The position numbers and the translations under genes are program-made. From Candidatus Eiseniibacteriota bacterium (GTDB lineage: Bacteria > Eisenbacteria > RBG-16-71-46), in contig OY970342.1 of the NCBI GenBank assembly GCA_963717505.1, positions 3,680,001 to 3,744,000 of the forward strand: a DNA stretch of 64,000 bases, in the 5' to 3' direction. The notes below the pieces were generated by a model that did no database searches, was not told the origin of the DNA, and worked only from the letters and a program-made list of their open reading frames with translations. This document shows, piece by piece, positions 1 to 9,445 of the stretch. The first letter of the stretch is position 1. Each line of letters starts with the position of its first letter.

Positions 1-230
1 CCGAGGACCGGGCGCACCGGGGCGCGATCGAAGACGTCGTGCAGGACGCGATCATGACCCTGCCCCCCGGCGACCGTCAGGTGCTCGCGCTGCGCCACTT
101 CCAGGACCTGTCGTACCTCGAGATGGCCGACGTGTTGGGCGTTCCCGAGAAGACCGTGAAGTCGAGGCTCTATTCGGCGCGGCAGCGCCTGGGCGATGAG
201 CTGCGCCGCCGGGGGATCACCGAGGCATGA
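1..230 (+). CDS. ECF RNA polymerase sigma factor, C-terminal part (5' truncated by window)
   Basis: Region 4 motif LPPGDRQVLALRHFQDLSYLEMADVLGVPEKTVKSRLYSAR; frame open to window start; ATGA overlap with next gene. Confidence 0.9.
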   Translation, partial: EDRAHRGAIEDVVQDAIMTLPPGDRQVLALRHFQDLSYLEMADVLGVPEKTVKSRLYSARQRLGDELRRRGITEA

Positions 231-985
231 AGACTTTCGAGGAATTGGCGAACGCGACGCTGGATGGTACGGCGACGCCGGCGGAGCAAGCGGCGTTGAC
301 CGCAATGCTGGAGCGCGACACCGGCGCCCGCGAGCGCTTTCGCACCCTGGAACTCGCGGTGCGCGCCATGAGTCGGGTGCGCGACGTCGAAGTGCCGATC
401 GACCTCAAGGATCAGATCCTCGACGCGGTTCGGGCCGAGTCGCCGCCGTGGTCCCGTCCGCGGCCGGTGCAAAGCCCTCGCCGCCCGCTGGGCGAAATCA
501 TCACGCGCGCTTTGGGACTTCGGTTGGCGGCGGCGTTCGCGGCCGGGATCGCGGCCGGCGTCATTGCCTTCACGCTCGCGACCGGCGGGCGGCCTCTGGT
601 GCAGGGTCCAGCCACCGGAACCATGGCGCCGCAGGCCACGCCCACCGGGATCGCGCTGGTGGCCGGCGAGGCGCAGGCCACGGTCGAGATGTCGACCCGC
701 GACGACCTCGTGACGATCCGCGTCGCCGCGCGTTCGGCCGGGCCGGCGATCGTCGAGGTCTCGTGGCCGAGCCACGTCGGCTTCGTTGGATTCGAGAGCG
801 ACGTCGCGGACTCGGATCGATTCCGCGCGCGCGCCGGGCTGGCGGTGGTCGAGATCGCCGGGCCGACGTTCGACGGTGTCCTTCGCCTGCGGGGTGGCGC
901 CCAGGCTTCCGAGATCGGGATCCGCCTGCGCGCGAATCGCGATGTCGATGAGGCCACGATGACCGCTCCGCCGGCGTCTCGCTGA
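227..985 (+). CDS. Putative membrane-anchored anti-sigma factor
   Basis: Coupled to ECF sigma; N-terminal anti-sigma-like helix region (LDGTATPAEQAAL...ARERF, lacking the HxxxCxxC zinc ligands), one TM segment (LAAAFAAGIAAGVIAFTLA), beta-rich C-terminal domain. Confidence 0.7.
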   Translation: MKTFEELANATLDGTATPAEQAALTAMLERDTGARERFRTLELAVRAMSRVRDVEVPIDLKDQILDAVRAESPPWSRPRPVQSPRRPLGEIITRALGLRLAAAFAAGIAAGVIAFTLATGGRPLVQGPATGTMAPQATPTGIALVAGEAQATVEMSTRDDLVTIRVAARSAGPAIVEVSWPSHVGFVGFESDVADSDRFRARAGLAVVEIAGPTFDGVLRLRGGAQASEIGIRLRANRDVDEATMTAPPASR

Positions 986-1014
986 GAGCAATCGACCCGC
1001 GAACATCGTAGGGT

Positions 1015-2031
1015 GTGGCGGTGACACTCCTCGTTCCCTTGATCGCCGGTATCGTCCCGGTCGTCGCGTTCCTGGTCGGGCTCGTGCTGCTCGACAGCTA
1101 CCGGCTGGTCGCCACCCGTCACGTCCTGCGCGCCCTGCTCGCCGGCGTGATCGCGGCCTTGGCGGCATTCGCCGTGAACCTGTTCGTCCTGCGCTCGACC
1201 GCGATCGACCCCGAGCTGCTGCGCCGCTACGTCGCGCCGGTGATCGAGGAAACCTGCAAAGCCCTTTACGTCGTGTGGCTGATCCGCCGGCATCGAGTCG
1301 GGTTCATCATGGACGCCGCGATCCTGGGCTTCGCGGTCGGCGCGGGCTTCGCGTTGACCGAGAATCTCTACTACGCATGGACGATCGACGACCGCGGAGT
1401 GCTGCTCTGGTTGGTGCGCGGCCTCGGCACCGCAGTGATGCACGGCGGAACCACCGCGATCGTCGCGATCCTGGCCAAGGACCTCTCGGATCGCCGGCGC
1501 ACGAGTGCGTGGGGGGTGTTCGTCCCCGGGCTCGCTCTGGCCACGATCGTCCACTCCGCGTTCAACCATCTGGCGTCCCACTCGCTCGTGACCTCGTCGA
1601 TCCTGCTGGTCGCGATGCCGCTACTCGTGGTCTCGGTGTTCGAACGAAGTGAGGCCGCGACCCGCGCATGGCTGGGCGCGGGACTGGACACCGACGTCGA
1701 AGCGCTCGAGCTGATCGCCGGCGGATCGATCTCGAACTCGCCGGTCGGCTACTACCTGACCGAGCTGCGGGAACACTTCCCGGGACCGGTGGTCGCCGAC
1801 ATGTTGTGCATGCTGCAGATCCACCTGGAGCTGGCGGTGCGCGCCAAGGGGCTGCTGATCGCCCGCGGGGCGGGAATCGACCTGGCGCCCGACGAGGGCG
1901 TGCGTCGCCGGCTGGAGGAACTCCGTTTCCTCGAGCGCTCGATTGGGCCCACCGGCCGTCTCGCCCTGATGCCCCTGCTCCGGACCCACAGTCGCGACCT
2001 GTGGCAGATCCACCTGATGCGCGGAGCCTGA
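1015..2031 (+). CDS. prsW: PrsW-family intramembrane metalloprotease
   Basis: Multi-TM; motifs APVIEETCK, GFALTEN, AVMHG, VHSAFN. Confidence 0.85.
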   Translation: MAVTLLVPLIAGIVPVVAFLVGLVLLDSYRLVATRHVLRALLAGVIAALAAFAVNLFVLRSTAIDPELLRRYVAPVIEETCKALYVVWLIRRHRVGFIMDAAILGFAVGAGFALTENLYYAWTIDDRGVLLWLVRGLGTAVMHGGTTAIVAILAKDLSDRRRTSAWGVFVPGLALATIVHSAFNHLASHSLVTSSILLVAMPLLVVSVFERSEAATRAWLGAGLDTDVEALELIAGGSISNSPVGYYLTELREHFPGPVVADMLCMLQIHLELAVRAKGLLIARGAGIDLAPDEGVRRRLEELRFLERSIGPTGRLALMPLLRTHSRDLWQIHLMRGA

Positions 2032-2038
2032 CTTTCGG

Positions 2039-2067
2039 TCAAGCCGCTCCAGCTCCCTGCCGAAAAC
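2039..2067 (+). promoter_or_regulatory. sigma28/FliA-like promoter of the barrel gene
   Basis: TCAAG-15 nt-GCCGAAAAC; same motif and spacing at 32411, 40147 and 63281. Confidence 0.65.
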
Positions 2068-2146
2068 AATCGCGAATCCCGTACCCCGTCCGCGACCCCG
2101 CGGCCGGGTGAAAACTCCGCACGGGACCCCAGGGAAGGAACGCATC

Positions 2147-3328
2147 ATGAGGATCCGCGGGGCAGTTTCAGCGCTGGCGTGCGCGGCCTTGATGGTCCCG
2201 GCCGTTCTCGCGCCCTCGGCAGGCGCGGCCGATCTCAGGTTCCGTGGTTTGATCGACGTCGTGGCCGCTGAGCGAGGCGATGCTTTCGATCACAACCTGC
2301 TCACCCGCCTCGACTCGAATTTCGACGCCTACAGTGTGCGCGCCTTCGCCGAGGCCAAGGCGAACGACCAGATCGGCATCTTCACGCAGTTCATCCTGCG
2401 CGACGCGACCACGCCGTACGTGAATGGCGCCTACGTCATGTTCACGCCCAGCCAGTTCCACGACTTCCACGTCCTGGCCGGCAAGATTCCCTGGCTGATC
2501 GGAACCTACGCACCGCGCACCTACTCGATCGAGAATCCGGTGATCGGCACACCCCTCATGTACCAGTATCACTCGACGCTTCTCTTCTACGAGGTCATCC
2601 CGAGCGCCGATGCGCTGCTGTCGACCAAGGGCCAGGGCCAGTACGGGGTCAACTACTACGGATACCCCGAAGGCGTGGGCATGCCGCTGGTGGACGACTG
2701 CTACTGGGACGTTGGCGTCACCGCCACCGGCAGCCTGAACTCGGTCGAGCTGGCGCTCGGCGTCACGGCCGGCACTCCCGGTTGGGGCAGCACGTCGCAG
2801 GACGAGAACACCGGCAAGTCGCTGCTCGGGCGGGTGGGCTTCCTCCCACTACCCGGCCTTCGCCTCGGCGTTTCAGGAGCTTACGGGCCCTACCTCGTCG
2901 AAGAGTTGAACCCGCTCATGCCCCCCGGATCGAACGTCAACGACTACAACCAGAAGATCGCCATGGCGGACCTCGAGTTCCTGGCCGGCCACTTTGAAAT
3001 GCGCGCCGAGGGAGCGTTCAACGTTTGGGAGACCCCCACGGTCGGCGATCTCGAGGTGACCAGCGCCTACGCCGAGGCCAAATACTCGTTCCCGATCGGC
3101 GCCTACGTTGCGGGCCGCTACGATGCCCTGCGCTTCGGCGAGATCGCGGATTCGGGCGGCGTCAAGCAGACGTGGGATGCCGACGTCACCCGGATCGAGG
3201 GCGGCGTGGGCTATCGCTTCGACCGCAACGTCGTGGTCAAGCTCATTCACCAGCACACGACGGTGGAACTCCCCGGCGGCGACAAGAAGATGCCGATGAC
3301 CGCCGCTCAGCTCTCGGTCGGGTTCTAG
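2147..3328 (+). CDS. Outer-membrane beta-barrel (porin-like) protein
   Basis: AGGAA RBS then ATG 2147; signal peptide (..APSAGA); amphipathic beta strands; C-terminal AQLSVGF. Confidence 0.75.
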   Translation: MRIRGAVSALACAALMVPAVLAPSAGAADLRFRGLIDVVAAERGDAFDHNLLTRLDSNFDAYSVRAFAEAKANDQIGIFTQFILRDATTPYVNGAYVMFTPSQFHDFHVLAGKIPWLIGTYAPRTYSIENPVIGTPLMYQYHSTLLFYEVIPSADALLSTKGQGQYGVNYYGYPEGVGMPLVDDCYWDVGVTATGSLNSVELALGVTAGTPGWGSTSQDENTGKSLLGRVGFLPLPGLRLGVSGAYGPYLVEELNPLMPPGSNVNDYNQKIAMADLEFLAGHFEMRAEGAFNVWETPTVGDLEVTSAYAEAKYSFPIGAYVAGRYDALRFGEIADSGGVKQTWDADVTRIEGGVGYRFDRNVVVKLIHQHTTVELPGGDKKMPMTAAQLSVGF

Positions 3329-3499
3329 CCGCCGCTTCGCGCAACGCCTCTGCGCGCAGCGCTGACCCACTGAGCCGCAGTCTCGCGTCTACGTACAAAT
3401 CGGTAGCCGGCCGAGAGCGAATTCCTCTTGTCCTGCTCGACGCTTCGGGTCGACAATCCTGGCACCGGGAATCTTCGTTGCGCCGGTCGCGGAGGAATC

Positions 3500-4219
3500 A
3501 TGACCCGCCGCCATCCGTTGTCCCGGTTCATGCCGTACGGCGCCCCCGACTTGCTGGCCTCGGCCGAACCTCGCCTCACGCGCGCCGTGCTCGCCGGCAG
3601 CTCCACCATGATCGCAGCCTTTGCGTTGGCCTTGGTGCTGATTCCGCGCGCAGTCGAACGAACGATCAAGATCGTCGACGCCACGATCTTCGACGTGGAC
3701 ACCGAACCGACGATCCAGGCCTACGATCTGCCGAAGGAGAAGGCGCCGGAGTCCGTGCAGCCCAAGGCGGACGATCTCGGAAAGATCGAGCCGGTGGTCG
3801 AGGAGCAACCGGTCGAGGTGGAACCGACCGTCGGAACCGGGCCAGATATCTTGGGCACGGGTACGGGCGAAGGAACTGACGCCCCCCCACCACCGGCGGG
3901 CGGCGGGGGCGAAGAAGTCTTTCCCGACCGTCGCGACTACGTCTACGTCGACCAGTTGCCGGTCGCCTTGTTCGAGTTCAAACCGGAGTATCCGCCGTTT
4001 GCCCGCGACGCCGGCGTCGAAGGCCTGGTCGTGGTCCACGCACTGGTCGGCAAGGACGGGCGCGTGATCCGGGTCGAGGTGGAAGAATCGCGATCGATTC
4101 TGCTGCTCAATGAGACCGCACTCGAAGCCGCCCGGCGTTGCACCTTTCAGCCGGCAATGACCAACGGGAATCCCGTCCCCGCCTGGGTCGCGATCACGTA
4201 CAACTTCACGCTGCACTAG
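3500..4219 (+). CDS. tonB: Energy transducer TonB-family protein
   Basis: GGAGG RBS; N-terminal TM, Pro/Glu-rich linker, TonB_C motif PEYPPFARDAGVEGLVVVHALVGKDGRV...FQPAMTNGNPV. Confidence 0.85.
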   Translation: MTRRHPLSRFMPYGAPDLLASAEPRLTRAVLAGSSTMIAAFALALVLIPRAVERTIKIVDATIFDVDTEPTIQAYDLPKEKAPESVQPKADDLGKIEPVVEEQPVEVEPTVGTGPDILGTGTGEGTDAPPPPAGGGGEEVFPDRRDYVYVDQLPVALFEFKPEYPPFARDAGVEGLVVVHALVGKDGRVIRVEVEESRSILLLNETALEAARRCTFQPAMTNGNPVPAWVAITYNFTLH

Positions 4220-4457
4220 CAGACCCCCGTAGACGATCCCTTCCCTCCCCGGCGCCCCCCTGCGGCCTCGGCCTGCTTCGTTCGTCGCCCGCGAAGCAGC
4301 GCTGGTCGGCGCGCGGGCGCGTTCGTCCTTCGGCTCCCAACCACCCGGGGAGCTTCGTTGTCCAATCCGGTCGTCGCAGGCGGAAAGGAACCAGGAACAC
4401 GCACGCGGGCGTCCTCACCGCCAGGGTTGCTCCGCGCCGCCCTAGAGGCCGAGCTTC

Positions 4458-6419
4458 ATGGAACAGCGCGATGGCCGAGCTGGCGATCCTTTCGCGCTCC
4501 GTCTCATCCTGGTCTTCGCCACGCTGACCGCATGCGCGCAGACCCTCGGGTACTTCGTTCGCGACGGCACCCTTTGGGGCGCCGATGCCTACGGGTTCTT
4601 CGAGCCGATCGTCATCCTCGTGGCCGGACTCGGCCTGGCGGGCGTCGCGCTGATCGGGTTTCGGAGGCATGGAGCGTCCGCCGCCCCGATCGAGAACAGG
4701 CGCGGGGCTCCTGAAGCAGTCCGGGCGAACTGGATCCATGCGGCTCTCGCCCTGGTCGGTGCCGCGCTGTTCGGCCTGTTCCACGCCGCGCACGTCTTTC
4801 TGGGCGACGGCGTGGTCCTGGTCAGCACCCTGCCGCTCGAGAAGAGATTCCATCCCCTCGAGCCACTGTCGCTGTTCCTGGAACAAACGGCCTACCAGGC
4901 CTTGGCTCCGTTCCTCACGCGCCCTGGCCGGGAGCTCCACGAGGTGGCGTGGATCGGCGCGGGGGCCCTGAGCATCGTCGCCGGGGCCATCTTCCTGCCC
5001 GTGATGTGGGCGGTGGCACGACGTCTGGCGCGCCGCGTTGCCGGGGCATCCATCGCAAGCGCACCACAGGGCAGCGAGCCTGCGGTGTTGGCGGCACTGG
5101 TGTTCCTGGCCCTGGTCAGCCAGGGATATGTCCAGATCTTCTTTGGCTACGTCGAGGTCTACTCGATGGTCGCGGCCTCGCTCGCGATCTACGTGCTGGC
5201 CGCACTGCGCTTCCTGGACGATCGACGCCCGCTGTGGCCGGTCGCGTGCGGGCTGGCGCTGGCGATCGCGCTCCATCTTTCCGCCATCGCACTCCTGCCC
5301 TCGTTCATTCTGCTCGCCGCGCTGTCCGTGACCGATCGCGGGCGCCGGGCGTTCCGCGCGGCCGACCTCCTGTGCACTTGCGCGGTGCTCGCGGCGCTGC
5401 CCCTGGGGCTCGCGCTTCTCAAGCCCGGATACAACCTGGCCGAGACCGCGATGTCCATGGTCGCGGACCTGCTGGTCCGCCAGCCGGAACCGATTCCCGA
5501 TTACTTCTGGTCGTGGCGGCATCTCCGGGACATCGTGAACGAACAGCTTCTGATTGGACCGCTCGCGATGATTCTCTTCGTGCCGGTAGCCGTCTCGGCC
5601 CTGCGCCGTCGCTCGGCGCGCACCTTCGAGTCGTGGTTCTTCGTCCTGTTCGGCGCCGGTTTCGCGGCGGCGAGCCTGCTCGCCGGAGACTCGAACCTCG
5701 GCTACGCGCGCAATTGGGATCTCCTGGCGCCCGCGGGCTTTGCGCTGGCGGTGGCCGGTATGGCGCTGTTGCTGCCGCGATTCCCCCACGTGCAGGCCGC
5801 ACGCGCCAGCCTGACGCTGGTGGTCGCGGCATCGTTGTTCCACACGCTCCCCTGGATCGCAGTCAACGCTTCGCCTGCGCGAGCATTGAAGCGGTTCATC
5901 ACGCTGCCACTGGAACTGGGACGCGTGGAATCCACCATCGGCTACTGGTTCAGCCTCAATGGAGACACCGGCCGCGCGGAACTATGGCTGGTTCGCGCGC
6001 TTGAGAAGTACCCCGGCAACGTCCGGGCGCACATGCAGCTCGGCGAGCTGTACAGCCAGCGCGGGGAGTATCTCCGTGCGTGCCGCGCCTATCAGGCCGC
6101 GGCCGATCTGAGACCCGAGTCGGACGAGTACCGGCTCCAGCTCATTGGCGCACTGTTGCGCGCCGGAAGGGCGGGAGCTGCGCTCCCCGAAGCGGACCGC
6201 CTGGTGCGCCGACAACCGGCCAATCCTCGATTCCTGACGGTCTACGGGATCGTGCTGCTCGGCACCGCTCGCATCCAGGCCGCGCGCGACGCATTCCAGG
6301 TCGCGCGCCGCAGCGCCCCCTACAGCCTGCTCTACCGGATGATGGGGAACTATGCCGACCTGCCACACGGCTTCGAGCGCGCCGTGAACGAGGTGCTCGG
6401 CGTGCTGTTGACGGGGTGA
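4458..6419 (+). CDS. Polytopic membrane protein with C-terminal TPR repeats (possibly GT-C glycosyltransferase-like)
   Basis: Many hydrophobic segments; TPR-like ALEKYPGNVRAHMQLGELY, AADLRPES, LVRRQPANPRF. Confidence 0.6.
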   Translation: MEQRDGRAGDPFALRLILVFATLTACAQTLGYFVRDGTLWGADAYGFFEPIVILVAGLGLAGVALIGFRRHGASAAPIENRRGAPEAVRANWIHAALALVGAALFGLFHAAHVFLGDGVVLVSTLPLEKRFHPLEPLSLFLEQTAYQALAPFLTRPGRELHEVAWIGAGALSIVAGAIFLPVMWAVARRLARRVAGASIASAPQGSEPAVLAALVFLALVSQGYVQIFFGYVEVYSMVAASLAIYVLAALRFLDDRRPLWPVACGLALAIALHLSAIALLPSFILLAALSVTDRGRRAFRAADLLCTCAVLAALPLGLALLKPGYNLAETAMSMVADLLVRQPEPIPDYFWSWRHLRDIVNEQLLIGPLAMILFVPVAVSALRRRSARTFESWFFVLFGAGFAAASLLAGDSNLGYARNWDLLAPAGFALAVAGMALLLPRFPHVQAARASLTLVVAASLFHTLPWIAVNASPARALKRFITLPLELGRVESTIGYWFSLNGDTGRAELWLVRALEKYPGNVRAHMQLGELYSQRGEYLRACRAYQAAADLRPESDEYRLQLIGALLRAGRAGAALPEADRLVRRQPANPRFLTVYGIVLLGTARIQAARDAFQVARRSAPYSLLYRMMGNYADLPHGFERAVNEVLGVLLTG

Positions 6420-6514
6420 CGCCACTGCCCGAATGGCCAGCGCACGGTTCGCCACGATCCTCGGGGCGAGATATCATGCTCGGCCTCGTAAACGTCGCCC
6501 TTGTGGCGACGCGT

Positions 6515-6603
6515 GCCGGAGTGGCGAAACTGGCAGACGCGCGGGACTCAAAATCCCGTTGGGTTCACCCCCAGTGTGGGTTCGACCCCCACCTCCGGCA
6601 CCA
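6515..6603 (+). tRNA. tRNA-Leu (anticodon CAA)
   Basis: Acceptor GCCGGAG/CTCCGGC-A-CCA, D-loop TGGCAGAC, anticodon arm CGGGA-CTCAAAA-TCCCG, long variable arm, T-loop GGTTCGAC. Confidence 0.97.
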
Positions 6604-6688
6604 CCTGCCAACGACTTGCGCTTTGTGGGATGTCGGGATGCTCTGCGTGCGTTAGGATTCGCGCTTCCCTCGAACCGGGAGGCCGCCC

Positions 6689-7558
6689 ATGAAGCTGTTG
6701 CGCCGGATCGGAGTCGGGCTCGTCGCACTCGTCGTGTTGATCAGTGGCGCTGCGATCGCCCTGTACATGGTCGGCGGGAGCACGCTCCACCAGACTCACA
6801 CCCAGGACGTGGCGTCGTTCGACATTCCAGGCGACTCGCTGTCGATCGGAGAGGGCAGACGCTACGCGGAGATGTTTGCTTGCACGGTGTGCCACGATGC
6901 GCAACTGCAAGGCAGCGTCATGGTTGACGATCCGGTGTTCGGCCGGATGGTCGCACCGCACATCGGTCCCGGCGCGGGTAGCGTGACGGCGTCGTATGAA
7001 CCCGAAGACTGGGTGCGGGCCATTCGCCACGGGATCGGCGGCGACGGACGCCCACTGGTCATCATGCCATCCAGCTACTTCACGCGACTGATCGCGCTGG
7101 AAGACCTTCGGAACATTGTCGCGGCGATCCGCAACGGAGAGGCGGTGGACCACGACCCCGGGAAGAGTTCGCTGAGGCTGGCTCAGGTATTGATCGGCGT
7201 TGGCGCGTTCAAGACGGAATACGCCTCGATCGACCACGCTGCGGGCCCGCCGACCAAACCCGATCCGTTGGATACTCTCGGCACAGGTCGTTACCTGGGC
7301 GGCATCTGCTCCGTGTGCCACGGCAAGACGCTGATGGGCAGCGAGGAGTTCGGTGGCCCGCCGCTCGTCCAGGGCAGCGCCATGGACACCTACGACGAAG
7401 AAGCCTTTCGCACCCTGTTCCGTACCGGCAAGGCGAAGAACGGACGCATGGTCGACGAAGAAGCCATGCCGTGGAAGGAACTGGGCCAGTTGACGGACGG
7501 AGAACTGCACGCCGTCTGGACCTGGCTTCGCACCGTCGCGCCGACGATGCCCCAGTGA
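6689..7558 (+). CDS. Membrane-anchored di-heme cytochrome c
   Basis: GGAGG RBS; N-terminal TM; two CxxCH motifs (CTVCH, CSVCH) with downstream Met ligand candidates (IMPS, AMPW). Confidence 0.88.
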   Translation: MKLLRRIGVGLVALVVLISGAAIALYMVGGSTLHQTHTQDVASFDIPGDSLSIGEGRRYAEMFACTVCHDAQLQGSVMVDDPVFGRMVAPHIGPGAGSVTASYEPEDWVRAIRHGIGGDGRPLVIMPSSYFTRLIALEDLRNIVAAIRNGEAVDHDPGKSSLRLAQVLIGVGAFKTEYASIDHAAGPPTKPDPLDTLGTGRYLGGICSVCHGKTLMGSEEFGGPPLVQGSAMDTYDEEAFRTLFRTGKAKNGRMVDEEAMPWKELGQLTDGELHAVWTWLRTVAPTMPQ

Positions 7559-7574
7559 GATCCTGGAGAACACC

Positions 7575-8080
7575 GCCACCGCGACCCTGCCGACCGCGCT
7601 GGCGACATCATCAGCCGCCATCGGCTGGATGAGCACGGGTGCGAGGCGAACCTCGATTGCCGTCGGTCGCGGCGGCGGCGATGCTCTTGACGAACTCGAA
7701 GAACTGCGTCGCGTGGACGATCGAGTAAGGGATTGATGAGCCCTTGATCAACTTCTCTTGAGCGATCTTTGCGCGGAAGTAGCCGCTTTCGGACAAGCGC
7801 TCGGTTCCAACGACCGACAAGGCAACGTGATGTCGCACGCCTGCTTCGGCTTCTGCGGCCAGCAGATTACGGGTCGACGTCTCGAAGAACGTCAGAACCG
7901 CCGCGTCTTCGAACGAGGGAGAGTTCGACACGTCGACGACCACCGAGGCGCCTTTCAGCGCGTCGGCCAAGCCCTCTCCCGTGATCGTGTTGACGCCCGA
8001 GTCGGGTGACGCCGCCACCGCGTCGTGGGCCTGCTCACGAAGCTTCGTGACAAGCTTCGATCCGATGAGTCCGGTGCCGT
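7575..8080 (-). pseudogene. NmrA/SDR-family NAD(P)-binding oxidoreductase fragment
   Basis: GTGLIGSKLV...HHVALSVVG..GYFRAKIAQE..HATQFFEF; N-terminal residues missing, extra base at ~7655 (continues EVRLAPVLIQPMAADDVA), C-terminus lost. Confidence 0.8.
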
Positions 8081-8358
8081 TCGATCTCGAAGCGCCTGGT
8101 ACCCGTGAAACCGCTGGTGAGCCCCAGGTCGTGAAGCAGCGTGCCGACGGCCACGACTTCCGGGTCGTGCGATATCCCCTGCAACTGTCCGAGCCTGACC
8201 GCGAAGAGCCAGGATCGGACGGCATGGTTGAAGAGAAACGGCTCGGAGTGGGTCCGGGCAAGGTCCAACGCCCGGCCGATCAGCGGCGTCTCGACCACCG
8301 TGATGCCACCCATGACTCGGGTAGTTCCGCCTGTGACGGTCTCGGCCGCTCGCGACAT
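8081..8358 (-). pseudogene. HD-domain protein, N-terminal fragment
   Basis: LFNHAVRSWLFA...LLHDLGL...RRFEIE, then abrupt out-of-frame junction into the SDR fragment. Confidence 0.75.
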
Positions 8359-8360
8359 GG

Positions 8361-9209
8361 TCAGTTCCCCTTGATGAAGGCGAGTAGCTCAGCGTTGACC
8401 TGATCCTGATGGGTGGCCGTGAGGCCATGTGGCGCATTCGGATAGATCTTGACCCTCGCGTTCTTGATGAGTTTGGCGGACCTCTCCGCATGACCGACGG
8501 GAACGATCTGATCGTCGCCCGCGTGCATGATGAGGGTCGGGACATCGAACTTCTTGAGGTCCTCGGTGAAGTCGGTCTCCGAAAACGCCTTGATGCACTC
8601 GTAGGCGTTCTTCAGACCGGCCTGCATGCTCAAGGACCAGAAGTCATCGAGGATTCCCTGGGAGACCTTGGCGCCCTTGCGGTTGGTGCCGAAAAACGGC
8701 ACGGAAAAATCCCGCCAGAACTGCGAACGGTCACTCATGAGTCCGGCCCGCAGGTTGTCGAACAGGTCGATCGGAAGGCCTTCCGGATTGCCGAGAGTCT
8801 TGAGCATGAGCGGTGGTACAGCGGAGATGAGCACGGCCTTGGCGACTCGGTCCGTCCCGTGTCGGCCGATGTAGCGCGCGACCTCGCCGCCTCCGGTGGA
8901 GTGTCCCACCATCGTGATCTCTTTGAGATCGAGGGCTTCGATCACTGCCGCCAGATCGTCGGCGTAGGTATTCATCTCGTTGCCGGATGAGGCCTGCGTG
9001 GACCGGCCATGGCCCCGTCGGTCGTGCGCGACTGATCGGAAGCCGTTCTGCGCGAGGAAGAACATTTGGCCTTCCCACGCGTCGGCATTCAATGGCCAGC
9101 CGTGCGAGAACGTCACGGTCGGACCCTTGCCCCAGTCCTTGTAGTAGATCTGCGTGCCGTCCTTGGTCGTGACCGTGGCGCTGGTGTGTTCGGCTGCGAG
9201 CGTGCTCAT
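8361..9209 (-). CDS. Non-heme chloroperoxidase/arylesterase (alpha/beta hydrolase)
   Basis: [35 protein letters not shown] nucleophile, GDDQIVP, PHG; GGAGG RBS. Confidence 0.92.
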   Translation of the reverse strand: MSTLAAEHTSATVTTKDGTQIYYKDWGKGPTVTFSHGWPLNADAWEGQMFFLAQNGFRSVAHDRRGHGRSTQASSGNEMNTYADDLAAVIEALDLKEITMVGHSTGGGEVARYIGRHGTDRVAKAVLISAVPPLMLKTLGNPEGLPIDLFDNLRAGLMSDRSQFWRDFSVPFFGTNRKGAKVSQGILDDFWSLSMQAGLKNAYECIKAFSETDFTEDLKKFDVPTLIMHAGDDQIVPVGHAERSAKLIKNARVKIYPNAPHGLTATHQDQVNAELLAFIKGN

Positions 9210-9281
9210 GGCGCGTCCCTCCATAGAGTAGGTTGCACGAGCAAGAGGCACCTGCCTGCTCGGGTGTTGGGTCCGGCACAC

Positions 9282-9296
9282 GCACACGGCATGCCA
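9282..9296 (-). promoter_or_regulatory. sigma54 -24/-12 promoter of the haloperoxidase operon
   Basis: TGGCATGCCGTGTGC = GG-N10-GC, close to TGGCACG-N4-TTGC; adjacent to a sigma54 activator gene. Confidence 0.7.
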
Positions 9297-9372
9297 GCGA
9301 CGCTGGCCGCGAGTGCCACGTACCTGCGATCGGGTTTTCAGTGAATTGACGGGCCTGGCCGGGCGCACGCGG

Positions 9373-9427
9373 TCACGACGCGTCGTGAGGTCACGAACGG
9401 TCGTGAGCATGGCCAACGACCGTTCGT
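9373..9427. promoter_or_regulatory. Three ACGA-N4-TCGT palindromes, putative enhancer (UAS) for the sigma54 activator
   Basis: TCACGACGCGTCGTGA (9373-9388), TCACGAACGGTCGTGA (9391-9406), ACGACCGTTCGT (9416-9427), about 80-130 nt upstream of -24. Confidence 0.6.
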
Positions 9428-9445
9428 AGGCGACGAGAAGGAAAC

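Noticed and set aside
3363-3391. TGACCC-N17-CGTCTA, ECF-like promoter upstream of tonB
   Set aside because: Single instance, cognate consensus unknown, and a sigma70-like TTGTCC-N18-GACAAT lies closer to the gene
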